A DNA stretch of 20,000 nucleotides from an uncultured virus (IMG/VR IMGVR_UViG_3300032268_001179) (IMGVR_UViG_3300032268_001179), one strand, 5' to 3'. Positions 1-8,587 are shown, numbered from the stretch's first letter. The notes: generated by a model from the sequence alone, not told the origin. Translations and numbers: made by a program.

Positions 1-417
1 AATGTGAATTGATAATGTATTTTCTTGGTTTAGTTCGGGATGTTTTTCAAACATTTCATTCACAAATTCTTCTGTTGGTGAAAAAATTTGTCGGATACGA
101 TCAAAGTGTGGACCAAAGTTTTTTGAACTTTGGAAATATCCATCGAATACAGTATCGTGATCTTTTACGAAAACTTCACTGAATTCCCAAGGACCCTCAC
201 TTACTTTTTCAAATCCATCAATATTATCGATAAATTTAAGGTTACGGAAAATATTGTTTAGGTAGTTTTCGGTTTGTCTTCCTTGCATTGGAGTCCAAGA
301 TTTGGGGACAAACACTACTTCTCGGTTGTGTGTAATTCCTTGTGCCACAGCGTGAGCGGCTTGAAACAACTGATTTCCTAGCCCTCCCATTAAGTTACAA
401 GATATAAAATTGCTCAT
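1..417 (-). CDS. Glycosyltransferase family 11 (alpha-1,2-fucosyltransferase-like), 3' end runs off the window
   Basis: Manual translation from ATG at 417, which overlaps the TGA of the upstream GT2 as ATGA: MSNFISCNLMGGLGNQLFQAAHAVAQG...DGYFQSSKNF...TLSIHI. It contains the GT11 motifs GGLGNQ(L)F and GYFQS and what appears to be the start of H(I/V)RRGDY at the window edge. Not in the ORF track because no stop lies inside the window. Confidence 0.88.
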   Translation of the reverse strand, partial: MSNFISCNLMGGLGNQLFQAAHAVAQGITHNREVVFVPKSWTPMQGRQTENYLNNIFRNLKFIDNIDGFEKVSEGPWEFSEVFVKDHDTVFDGYFQSSKNFGPHFDRIRQIFSPTEEFVNEMFEKHPELNQENTLSIHI

Positions 418-1142
418 CTAATCAATTTTTTTAATTTTGGTTTATTTCTTATTATATTAGAACATCTTTCTTGTTCTGTAAACCCACCACCTGTTGCACT
501 ACCTGGTTTATGGTCATTGTAAGGGGATTGGGCATTATAAACGTAATATATCTTAGGTAAAAATCTATAATTTTCTTCACCTGCAAGTTCCAATAAAGAG
601 AATGTATATGCAACATCAGCTGCGGACTTGAAGTATTTTCCATTGGAGTCTTTTAAATAATTTTGTGGTATCGATTTCCATAAGAAAGATTTCCATGTTC
701 TCAAATGAGAAAACCTGAAAACATCTTGGCGAACAGTTTGTGGATTACATTTTTGAGAGAATCCCATTTCTCCAGTTGAATACATAAATGATCCGTTTGT
801 TAACCAAACTTTTCCGTCAGAATATATTTGTCTTATATCACCAACTACATCTGTATTCAATAAAAAATCATCTCCATCCAATTCAATGACGATATCTTCA
901 TCCTCAAATGTATGGATTAGTTCATCCAAATTTTTCAATTTGAATTTTTTTTCACTATTAACTATTAAATTAAACCTGTCATCGTCTGAGATACTTTCTT
1001 TGATGATTTGAACTGTATTGTCTGTTGACATGTCATCAATTATAAAAACTTGAAAATCTTTATCTTTTTGATTTTTCAAAGTTTTTATACAATTTTTTAT
1101 ATAATTTTCTGCGTTCCAAACACAGACAACAAACTTTATCAT
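414..1142 (-). CDS. Glycosyltransferase family 2 (GT-A fold)
   Basis: N-terminal 'VVCVWNAENYIKNCIKTLKNQ...IIDDMSTDNT' GT2 signature, DxD-type motif 'ELDGDD', and 'SHLRTWK...D' C-terminal segment. Confidence 0.88.
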   Translation of the reverse strand: MIKFVVCVWNAENYIKNCIKTLKNQKDKDFQVFIIDDMSTDNTVQIIKESISDDDRFNLIVNSEKKFKLKNLDELIHTFEDEDIVIELDGDDFLLNTDVVGDIRQIYSDGKVWLTNGSFMYSTGEMGFSQKCNPQTVRQDVFRFSHLRTWKSFLWKSIPQNYLKDSNGKYFKSAADVAYTFSLLELAGEENYRFLPKIYYVYNAQSPYNDHKPGSATGGGFTEQERCSNIIRNKPKLKKLIR

Positions 1143-2299
1143 TGTAAATTTATTACGTATCCTTCAGCGACAGTGCCAGGTTTATAGAATTTTAGTCTAC
1201 CATCGAACTCTTGGCTCAAATCAAAAAGTTGTTTACTGATAGCGTCTATTTCAAAAACATTTAAGTAATATCCCTCATTGAGTAAATCTAAACACAATTT
1301 GAACTGTTGAGATTCTTCTAAAATATCAGTTCCTCTTTTGTAAGTGATGTAATTCATTACAAATGGAACAGTTTTATCGGGATTTTGTTTCATAAAGAAC
1401 TCTTTCAAAAATTTTGCATGTTCTTCATTAAATTTATCAACTGTAAGAGGTAAGTTTAACTCCATTCCTAACTCTTTAGCATAGTGACCTAACGCCCTAT
1501 TATCTCTTGGTAAACAAGGACCTCCGAAGCCGAAACCATATTTTAAATATTTTTTTCCAACTCGGCTATCACCCCCAACGGCATTCAAGACCGAATCAAT
1601 TTCATTACTGAGTTCTGATTTAATCAAAATCTCACCCATCATATTTGCGTAACTGATTTTGGTAGTTAGATAACAGTTTATACCTATTTTTGTTACTTCA
1701 GCCGCTTTACATGACATTACATGGGCGTTCACTGGCGTTGTTTGTATTTTGTTATAAATTTGAATTAGATCATTTGCTAACTCATTATATTCGGTTCCAA
1801 TCAACACGATGTCAGATTCTTCAAGCCCTTTAACAATTTCACCTTGAGCAATAAACTCAGGGTTATATGCAACTTGAATACTGAACATTGAAAGTCTTTG
1901 TTGAACTTGGTCAACATCACCAGGGTTTGTCGTGCATCCTACTATGAATTTCTTATTGAAAATTGAAACTTCTAATTTTGAAGCTTCGATGAAATCATTA
2001 ACAACTTGAAACACGGCACTCGTATCATAATTTCCGTCAGTTGTTGAAGGAGTTGCAACAAATGTGAAAATAATATCGGAGTTTTTTATTATTTCGATGT
2101 TATCGGTTGTTGCAGAAAATCTCTGAACCCCAAATAACATTTGTTGTATAAATGGCTCGTTTGTATTACAAACGTTATGATTTAAATTATATACATAATC
2201 TTCTCTTTTATCTGATACAATAACATCGTATCCTGCTTTTTCACAAAGTAGAGCGAAAGTCAAACCTAAACGACCTGCACCAATAACTCCGATTTTCAT
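1139..2299 (-). CDS. ugd: UDP-glucose/GDP-mannose dehydrogenase family (nucleotide-sugar 6-dehydrogenase)
   Basis: Rossmann motif GAGRLG, 'VATPS', 'YNPEFIAQG', catalytic Lys in 'AEVTKIGIN', catalytic Cys in 'GFGGPCLPRD'. The exact sugar substrate cannot be read from sequence. Confidence 0.9.
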   Translation of the reverse strand: MKIGVIGAGRLGLTFALLCEKAGYDVIVSDKREDYVYNLNHNVCNTNEPFIQQMLFGVQRFSATTDNIEIIKNSDIIFTFVATPSTTDGNYDTSAVFQVVNDFIEASKLEVSIFNKKFIVGCTTNPGDVDQVQQRLSMFSIQVAYNPEFIAQGEIVKGLEESDIVLIGTEYNELANDLIQIYNKIQTTPVNAHVMSCKAAEVTKIGINCYLTTKISYANMMGEILIKSELSNEIDSVLNAVGGDSRVGKKYLKYGFGFGGPCLPRDNRALGHYAKELGMELNLPLTVDKFNEEHAKFLKEFFMKQNPDKTVPFVMNYITYKRGTDILEESQQFKLCLDLLNEGYYLNVFEIDAISKQLFDLSQEFDGRLKFYKPGTVAEGYVINLQ

Positions 2300-3084
2300 A
2301 TTATTTCGTGATATTTCAAATCAAAAATGGGTATTGAAACCATTTTATGTTTATTTTTATTATGAAACTTGTTGTAGGTTTCAATTGCTTTATATTCTTT
2401 TTCGGTGAAGTTTTGTTTTTTTGTTCCGAACTCCATAACCCACTCCATTTCCTCATAGCTTGCCCCAATTTGGGTTTCATCATTCCTATCATCATCCCAT
2501 AAACCATCAGTTGGCTCGGCGTTTACTATATCTTCGTCAACACCTAAGAATTTACCCAAACTTCTTACTTCACTTTTATATAGGTCTGCAATTGGAGAAA
2601 TATCAACACCCCCGTCACCATACTTAGTGTAAAAACCGACTCCAAAATCCTCAACTTTATTACCAGTCCCAACAACAATTCCTCCTTTAGATGTTGCAAT
2701 TTGATATAAAGTTATCATCCGTAACCTTGATTTTGTATTTGCAAAGGCAAGTTCCGAGTCTGCTATTTTATCTATCGTAGATTTAAATTTGTCAAAGGTC
2801 GATGTCAAATCAACGTTCAAACCAGCAACATTATGAGGGTAATCGAAACATAATTGTGATATGTGTTTCTCAGATAATTTTGTATTTTTTGATGAAGAAT
2901 GGATCGGCATTCCAACAACAATAGTAGGGATACCTGTCTCAGCACAAAGAGTTGAGACAACCGCGGAGTCAATTCCTCCCGATACTCCAACTACTAAGCA
3001 TTTAATACCATTATTATTTACGTATGAAGTAATCCAATTTTGAATTTGTTCAGAAAGATTGGAGTAATCTAAAATTCTATTCAT
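2296..3084 (-). CDS. nadE: NH3-dependent NAD+ synthetase
   Basis: PP-loop 'GVSGGIDSAV', 'ANTKSRLRM', 'GTGNKVE', 'GFYTKYGDGGVDISPIADLYKSEV', 'PTDGLW', 'DETQIGASY', 'NKHK'. 262 aa with no glutaminase domain. Confidence 0.95.
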   Translation of the reverse strand: MNRILDYSNLSEQIQNWITSYVNNNGIKCLVVGVSGGIDSAVVSTLCAETGIPTIVVGMPIHSSSKNTKLSEKHISQLCFDYPHNVAGLNVDLTSTFDKFKSTIDKIADSELAFANTKSRLRMITLYQIATSKGGIVVGTGNKVEDFGVGFYTKYGDGGVDISPIADLYKSEVRSLGKFLGVDEDIVNAEPTDGLWDDDRNDETQIGASYEEMEWVMEFGTKKQNFTEKEYKAIETYNKFHNKNKHKMVSIPIFDLKYHEII

Positions 3085-4708
3085 CTAATATTTTTTCGTA
3101 TTGGTTTTTAATTTGTTGAGCCACGTTATGAGAAAAATACTTTTCGATATCTGTTGGCGGATCAAACCTTTCTTTGGATAAAATAAACCCACCTGAGTCA
3201 ACTTTATATATCCAACTTGGTTTTCCACACATCCATCCTTCTATGGTTGTTCTTCCAAGTTGAATTCCTGCGGTTTCTTTACATTTTTGAACGAATGGTT
3301 CAACATTCCAAGTTGGTGGATAATGTTTTACGTGTTCATTCATCAAAATGGTCGGTAGATAATTTGACTTATCTTCTCCTACAATCCAAAGTTCGAGTTT
3401 ATTTTCTCTTGTATACTCTATAAGATCCATTATAGTTTCTCTCCTTAGATAATCAATTGTACCAACAAACAAAATAAAATTTTCTTCTTTAGTGTTTTTT
3501 GGTTTGAATTTCTCAGAATCAATTGGATTGTAAATTACCTCAATCATATCTTCAGGAATTTCAAATTTATCGATAATATGATCTTTTATTTCGGGTCTTA
3601 TTGCGATATATTTTTTGATTGATTCGTGTTTAATTGGATCTTCAAGTTCAATAACTTCAGAGTGAATTGAATATATCTTATCTATCTCAGGATAAAATTG
3701 AATCATTCTTTCGGCGACTGGTTTATGTTGCATGTGAATAATATCATATTTTACCTCCGAAACACGATACATCACGTTGGGTTGAGAAGGTTGAAATCCT
3801 TTATCTGTATTTAATCCCCACTTACCATCTCCCAATTTGAAACCTGGTGACTCTTCAAATGACAAACATTTGATACCTTGTTTCTTTGCCATATCCGTGA
3901 GAGGTCCTCCGATTTGCGATAAAACAGTAACTTCACAATTTTGTTTCAATAAACTTTTCGCTAATTCATATACATAAAGTTCTGAACCTGTGAAAGTTTT
4001 AAAAAATAAACAACTGATTAAAACTTTAATTTTTTGATCTTTATTAAAAGGGAGTTTTATCGGAAGATGATCCTTATATTTTTCTTCGAAAATTTTTCGA
4101 TTGTCTTCCCATTGTTGATTAGTTTGACCGATTGATTTATGAGTCAAACGAATATTTGTGATAACACCAACTTTTACTTTTTCTAAATGATTTTCGAAAC
4201 AAAAAGGAATGTCATAAAAGTGAAACCCTTTGAATTCTTCATTAAAAAATTTCTTAATTCTTTTTTTATGTAGAGCGATAAAAAGCCCGTCAACAATAAT
4301 TGTTTGAATAATACCGTTACCCACAGAATCAGAATATTTTGATTCCCATTTTTTACCCTCACTTTCGTGGTTTACAATACCAACCATTTTTTTTCGGTCT
4401 TCCCACCACATACCACTTGAAGGCATATTTGTGGTACCAGCAAGTCCCAAGATTCCAAAGTCAGTTTTTTCGAAATGCTTGATTATTTTACTATACCAAG
4501 ATGTGGTATCAAAGTAGATATCGTCGTGACATAGGATGACAATGTCTGTAGTCGACTCAGAAATAATTTCATTGTATACCTGAGTCAATGATTTCTGTCC
4601 GTTATTAACTTTTTCAATAACGTTAATTTTTTTGAAACCTGAACTTTTTTTAAGATACTCTATAAACTCAGGATTGGATTCTCTTGTTGAATAACCTATT
4701 GTAACCAT
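3077..4708 (-). CDS. Two-domain glycosyltransferase: N-terminal GT-A-like domain fused to C-terminal GT-B (GT4-like) domain
   Basis: N-half: 'SLTQVYNEII...VILCHDDIYF...GILGLAG...VDGLFIA...GFHFYDIPFC'. C-half (from about aa 226): 'KVLISCLFFKTFTGSELYVYELAKSL', 'VIYNPID...F', 'ILFVG', 'LGRTTIEGWMCGKP'. Confidence 0.8.
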   Translation of the reverse strand: MVTIGYSTRESNPEFIEYLKKSSGFKKINVIEKVNNGQKSLTQVYNEIISESTTDIVILCHDDIYFDTTSWYSKIIKHFEKTDFGILGLAGTTNMPSSGMWWEDRKKMVGIVNHESEGKKWESKYSDSVGNGIIQTIIVDGLFIALHKKRIKKFFNEEFKGFHFYDIPFCFENHLEKVKVGVITNIRLTHKSIGQTNQQWEDNRKIFEEKYKDHLPIKLPFNKDQKIKVLISCLFFKTFTGSELYVYELAKSLLKQNCEVTVLSQIGGPLTDMAKKQGIKCLSFEESPGFKLGDGKWGLNTDKGFQPSQPNVMYRVSEVKYDIIHMQHKPVAERMIQFYPEIDKIYSIHSEVIELEDPIKHESIKKYIAIRPEIKDHIIDKFEIPEDMIEVIYNPIDSEKFKPKNTKEENFILFVGTIDYLRRETIMDLIEYTRENKLELWIVGEDKSNYLPTILMNEHVKHYPPTWNVEPFVQKCKETAGIQLGRTTIEGWMCGKPSWIYKVDSGGFILSKERFDPPTDIEKYFSHNVAQQIKNQYEKILDE

Positions 4709-5325
4709 TATATACCAGTACTACCAAATCCTTTATCTCCACGATCTTTATCACCAACTTTATCAACAACGTCGAAATCAACATATTTTCCGTTGACTAC
4801 GGGGCATAATACTGCTTGAGCAACTTTCATTCCTTTTGAAATAGTCACCGAATAATTGTTAGTATTGAAAACAATAACTTGAATTTCACCTACGTAACCT
4901 GAATCAACTGTTCCAGGTGTGTTCAATACAGTAAGACCCATATTGATAGCCAAACCACTTTTAGGTCTCACTTGGATTTCATATTCCTCGGGGATAGATA
5001 GTTTCAACCCTGTAGGGATAAGAGCTCGTCCAAATGCTGGTAACGTATAATCTATTCTTGAATAGAGGTCGAATCCTGAATCACTCGGATATGCGTAAGT
5101 TGGAACTTTTGTATCTTCGTAAAGTAGTTCAACTCCAACTTTTTTGGTTTTGAGGAATGACATATTTGCCTCAGTTATTTCATCCATAGAAAACCCGAAC
5201 ATTTGTTCGAGTTCAGACATATAATCTTCCTCAGGTTCAACTCCCGACTCTTTCTTTATTTGATTAAATGTATCTTGAATTTGTTTCCAAATATCTTGAT
5301 CAATATTTCCGTTTGTATTTTCCAT
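4708..5325 (-). CDS. dut: Trimeric dUTP diphosphatase with about 60-aa acidic N-terminal extension
   Basis: All five motifs present: SGFDL, RPKSGL, GTVDSGYVGEI, KVAQAV, RGDKGFGSTG. Confidence 0.95.
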   Translation of the reverse strand: MENTNGNIDQDIWKQIQDTFNQIKKESGVEPEEDYMSELEQMFGFSMDEITEANMSFLKTKKVGVELLYEDTKVPTYAYPSDSGFDLYSRIDYTLPAFGRALIPTGLKLSIPEEYEIQVRPKSGLAINMGLTVLNTPGTVDSGYVGEIQVIVFNTNNYSVTISKGMKVAQAVLCPVVNGKYVDFDVVDKVGDKDRGDKGFGSTGI

Positions 5326-6026
5326 TATTTTAAACTTGTCAATTTTTTTATTACTTCTATCAATACCAAAACATCTTTTTCACAATATTCAACTATACCT
5401 TTGATGTCTTTATTTATCCAATAAGCCTCATGAACTTTGTTTCCAGTAACTTCCATATTTTTAGAAGATTCTACACCCATAGAAACACACATCAATTCTA
5501 ATGACGCAATTGTTCCATAACCACCATATTGCCAAAGTTCTTTTGTATCTAACGCTTTGATCTCCCATGGCTTTGTATCATGGCCAGGTAATATTTTTGG
5601 AGGTAACAGACCGTTGACAATCATTCGTTTTGCCAACATTGGAATATCAAATCCTTTGACGTTATGCCCACACAAGAAAAATCCTAATTCACCAACTCTA
5701 CGTAATAGTTTTTGAACATCTTGTAACAAATCTTTTTCATTTTCGTTACTAAATGATTGAATCTTTGTTTCACCTTTTTCTGTAACAAAGGCAACACTCA
5801 CACAAGCAATTCTTGCAAACTCAGGAACTAATGCGGATCTATTAACAAACATTTGCCCAACTGGTTTATCGGCGTCCTCAGGAAATCTTTTTTGAAACCA
5901 ATCAACATAATTTTCAAATACGAAAGAAAGTTCAAGATTGGATTTTTTCAAAGACTCCCAATCAGATTGTGCTCCTACGGTTTCAATATCAATAAAAAGT
6001 AGTTTTTCTAATGGTATGTTTATCAT
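5325..6026 (-). CDS. DEDDy 3'-5' exonuclease (PolB-exonuclease-like stand-alone family)
   Basis: ExoI 'FIDIET', ExoII 'GHNVKGFDIP', ExoIII 'YCEKDV'. Confidence 0.88.
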   Translation of the reverse strand: MINIPLEKLLFIDIETVGAQSDWESLKKSNLELSFVFENYVDWFQKRFPEDADKPVGQMFVNRSALVPEFARIACVSVAFVTEKGETKIQSFSNENEKDLLQDVQKLLRRVGELGFFLCGHNVKGFDIPMLAKRMIVNGLLPPKILPGHDTKPWEIKALDTKELWQYGGYGTIASLELMCVSMGVESSKNMEVTGNKVHEAYWINKDIKGIVEYCEKDVLVLIEVIKKLTSLK

Positions 6027-7243
6027 GATTTATTTGCAATGTCTTTATAAAATTGTTTTCTATCACTAGTTACATTATTTAAGTCATACTTGTCTTTAAC
6101 TGTTTCATATAATCTCTCACCCATATCTTTTACAAGATTTGGATTCTTAACAAGTTTTTCAATGAACTTTGCCCAATCAGCGTGATTTCTAGCTTCGTTG
6201 ATTAAGATAGCATTTCCATCTACAAAATTACCATTTTCCATACAATGTTTTAGGTCGATGGTATAAGGACCTATGTTGGATGCAATTATTGCCTTTTTGT
6301 AGAATCCAGCTTCAATCACTTTCAGTTGAGATTTCATTCTGTTGAACATTGTGTTTTTGATTGGAGCTAATGAAACATCAAATTTCGAATAATTTTTAGC
6401 ATAACCTGTTACAGGTTTAGTCCACACTCTCAAATAAGATTCATCCATTTCATTTGGAAAATTTTCTTGAGTGTATTTCAAAAGATGATTTTTATAATTC
6501 TCGGAAATAATTTTGAAATTTTGAGTAAATATTTTTTCGTATTCAGCCCAAACAGTTTCTGATGGTAAAATATTTCTTTTAGTTTGCTCTTTAGTTTGAG
6601 CATTGATTTCTGTTACAGTCCCTCTTGTATCAAAACCGCATAGGACATACTGAACTTTATCTTTCAATCCTGTAATTTTGGAAAATCCTGAATCTAATAA
6701 TTGGATGTCATGTAAGTGAGATGAACCTCCTAGCCACCCAACTCTAACTCTGTCCGACTCTTCAGTTTTTTCTTTGAATTGAGCCTCGTTTGGATTTATT
6801 GCATTTGGAAATACAAAAACATTTTTGTTGTATTTTTTGATTTCATCTGCAAAGATAGTTGTGGTTGTTGTTACGTATTTTGCGACTTTGAGATTTGCAA
6901 CAATTTTTTCATTGATTTTGTTAACACGAATGATATCGTGAATTGGGTGCTCTTTACCTGGCATCCAATAGTCATCAATATCACAAACTGTGACAACTCC
7001 TAATGAATTCAACATTTGAATCAATCTGTTTGCCTTATCAAAATCTTGACCGATACTTCTGTGAAAGGCAACAATCTGATATTGAGTCCAAAAGTTAATG
7101 TCCTCATAAGGTGGTTCATAAACAATATCCACATGAAATTCTTCAGGGTATTGATTTTGTAAAAAAATGTGAGGATCTACGGAACGAAATTTCCCAACGC
7201 CACTACGATCTGAGGGCACGACTAAAACTTTAACTTTTGACAT
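6023..7243 (-). CDS. GT-B fold glycosyltransferase (GT4-like, phage type)
   Basis: 'SGVGKFRSVDPH', 'DIDDYW', 'VFPNAI', 'VGWLGGSSHLHD', 'DVSLAPI..TMFNRMKSQLKVIEAG..KKAIIASNIGPY' donor-binding region. Confidence 0.85.
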   Translation of the reverse strand: MSKVKVLVVPSDRSGVGKFRSVDPHIFLQNQYPEEFHVDIVYEPPYEDINFWTQYQIVAFHRSIGQDFDKANRLIQMLNSLGVVTVCDIDDYWMPGKEHPIHDIIRVNKINEKIVANLKVAKYVTTTTTIFADEIKKYNKNVFVFPNAINPNEAQFKEKTEESDRVRVGWLGGSSHLHDIQLLDSGFSKITGLKDKVQYVLCGFDTRGTVTEINAQTKEQTKRNILPSETVWAEYEKIFTQNFKIISENYKNHLLKYTQENFPNEMDESYLRVWTKPVTGYAKNYSKFDVSLAPIKNTMFNRMKSQLKVIEAGFYKKAIIASNIGPYTIDLKHCMENGNFVDGNAILINEARNHADWAKFIEKLVKNPNLVKDMGERLYETVKDKYDLNNVTSDRKQFYKDIANKS

Positions 7244-7251
7244 AAATTTAG

Positions 7252-7283
7252 ATTATACCTGAAAGTATAACCTTTTGTGTCAA
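7252..7283 (-). promoter_or_regulatory. Putative promoter for the glycosylation/nucleotide-metabolism operon
   Basis: The minus strand reads TTGACA (7283-7278), a 20-nt spacer, then TATAAT (7257-7252), 8 nt before the ATG at 7243. Both hexamers are perfect but the spacing is longer than the sigma70 optimum. A 6-bp inverted repeat TTATAC/GTATAA (7253-7258, 7265-7270) overlaps it. Confidence 0.45.
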
Positions 7284-7296
7284 ATAAGAAAAGTAG

Positions 7297-7905
7297 TTAG
7301 GATAATTTTTTGATTTTAGTAACCTTACCTTCGAATATATGCTTACCAACTTTGAAACTGAAAGTTTCATTTGCTTTTTCAGTTGACTCGACCAAAAGAC
7401 CATTCTCACTCAAAGCTTGATTAACGGCTTCCTTAATCATTTTTTGAATTACGTTGTAATCTAACGAAGAAGAAGATGCTTGTGGTTTGGGAGTCGCGGA
7501 CTCAGGTTTATAATTTTGTGGACTTTCTTTCATCAACCTCGAAGCTCTTTCAATCAAATCGTTGGAAAGAGTTGCACTTTGTTGCTGTTGTGGTTGTGAA
7601 ATAGGGTGTTCCATCATTAACCTTTTTATCTCATCAGGTAACTTTGAATTTTTAATTGCATCAACTGTAGGAACTCCAACTGGTTTTGTATTTTCAATTG
7701 GCATATAGTTGGGTTGTTGATTCATTCTCGGACTTGGTTGTTCTTGAAGGAACTCTTGAGGTATATTGTATTTGGCTTGTGGAATATCGAAACTTTCAAC
7801 CATATTATTAGGTGAATTGATGTTTCTAACATCCCCTCTGTTTATTCCGTTTGTCTTATCCATGATAGCTTTAGATATCATGAGTTTTTGCATTAATTGA
7901 TCCAT
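7297..7905 (-). CDS. Hypothetical protein (Gln/Pro/Asn-rich centre, small C-terminal beta element 'FSFKVGKHIFEGKVTKIKK')
   Basis: 202-aa ORF tightly packed with its neighbours. No family recognised. Confidence 0.75.
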   Translation of the reverse strand: MDQLMQKLMISKAIMDKTNGINRGDVRNINSPNNMVESFDIPQAKYNIPQEFLQEQPSPRMNQQPNYMPIENTKPVGVPTVDAIKNSKLPDEIKRLMMEHPISQPQQQQSATLSNDLIERASRLMKESPQNYKPESATPKPQASSSSLDYNVIQKMIKEAVNQALSENGLLVESTEKANETFSFKVGKHIFEGKVTKIKKLS

Positions 7906-7907
7906 AA

Positions 7908-8291
7908 TTAGAATTTTGCTATAATAATAATCGAACTCATACTTTTGTCACCATTTGGATTGAAATTTGGCCTCATTTGTGTAAAATTTTCCCCAGTGGG
8001 TTTCAGTGACAATATTTTAGGTAGTAAAAAAATTCTCCATCCAGGTAGTGGTTGTTCTCCTTTATAGGCCGTGTGGGATGCTCCATCTTCGTCCCAAGCT
8101 CTAACCGCCAAGGAATTTGTACCTCTCATTCTCCCTAAACAAACGGGTTCGATTTCACGCAAACCTCTACCACCTGGTTCATCACCGTCATAATAGATTA
8201 CCACCTTCTGTTTTTTTTTGATAGCGTCTATGACACTTTCCTGAGAAGCGATTTCACAAATTAAACCTTTGAGAGATTCTTGTAATTTCAT
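7908..8291 (-). CDS. Stand-alone WYL-like domain protein
   Basis: 'AIKKKQKVVIYY...GLREIEPVCLG...AVRAWD...GWRIFLLPKILSL' matches the WYL pattern (R.v.P..l ... l.a.d ... R.Fr.drI). No HTH domain. Confidence 0.72.
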   Translation of the reverse strand: MKLQESLKGLICEIASQESVIDAIKKKQKVVIYYDGDEPGGRGLREIEPVCLGRMRGTNSLAVRAWDEDGASHTAYKGEQPLPGWRIFLLPKILSLKPTGENFTQMRPNFNPNGDKSMSSIIIIAKF

Positions 8292-8584
8292 TAAAAGTTA
8301 GGGTAAGGTTTTGATGAGTTAAATTTGTTAATTTTTATTTCGTTTTTTCTTTCAGTAACATCTGTAATAGTTCCCGCGTTTACATTATAAACGTCAAGGA
8401 AAGTTCCAGTCCCTCTTCCCATAGAATCTCCATCAGCAACAGCATCTCTGTTTACTGAAGAATATTCATTACCAACTGCGTTGTAATCGTTTTTAGGGAT
8501 TAACTTTGCCCGTTCCATTTCAGCTATTGCAGTTAAAGCATTAGGGACATCTTGAGATAAGTCGATTGTTAATTCGTTCGCCAT
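8291..8584 (-). CDS. Hypothetical protein
   Basis: 97-aa ORF whose stop overlaps the WYL start (TAATG). No family recognised. Confidence 0.7.
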   Translation of the reverse strand: MANELTIDLSQDVPNALTAIAEMERAKLIPKNDYNAVGNEYSSVNRDAVADGDSMGRGTGTFLDVYNVNAGTITDVTERKNEIKINKFNSSKPYPNF

Positions 8585-8587
8585 ATT

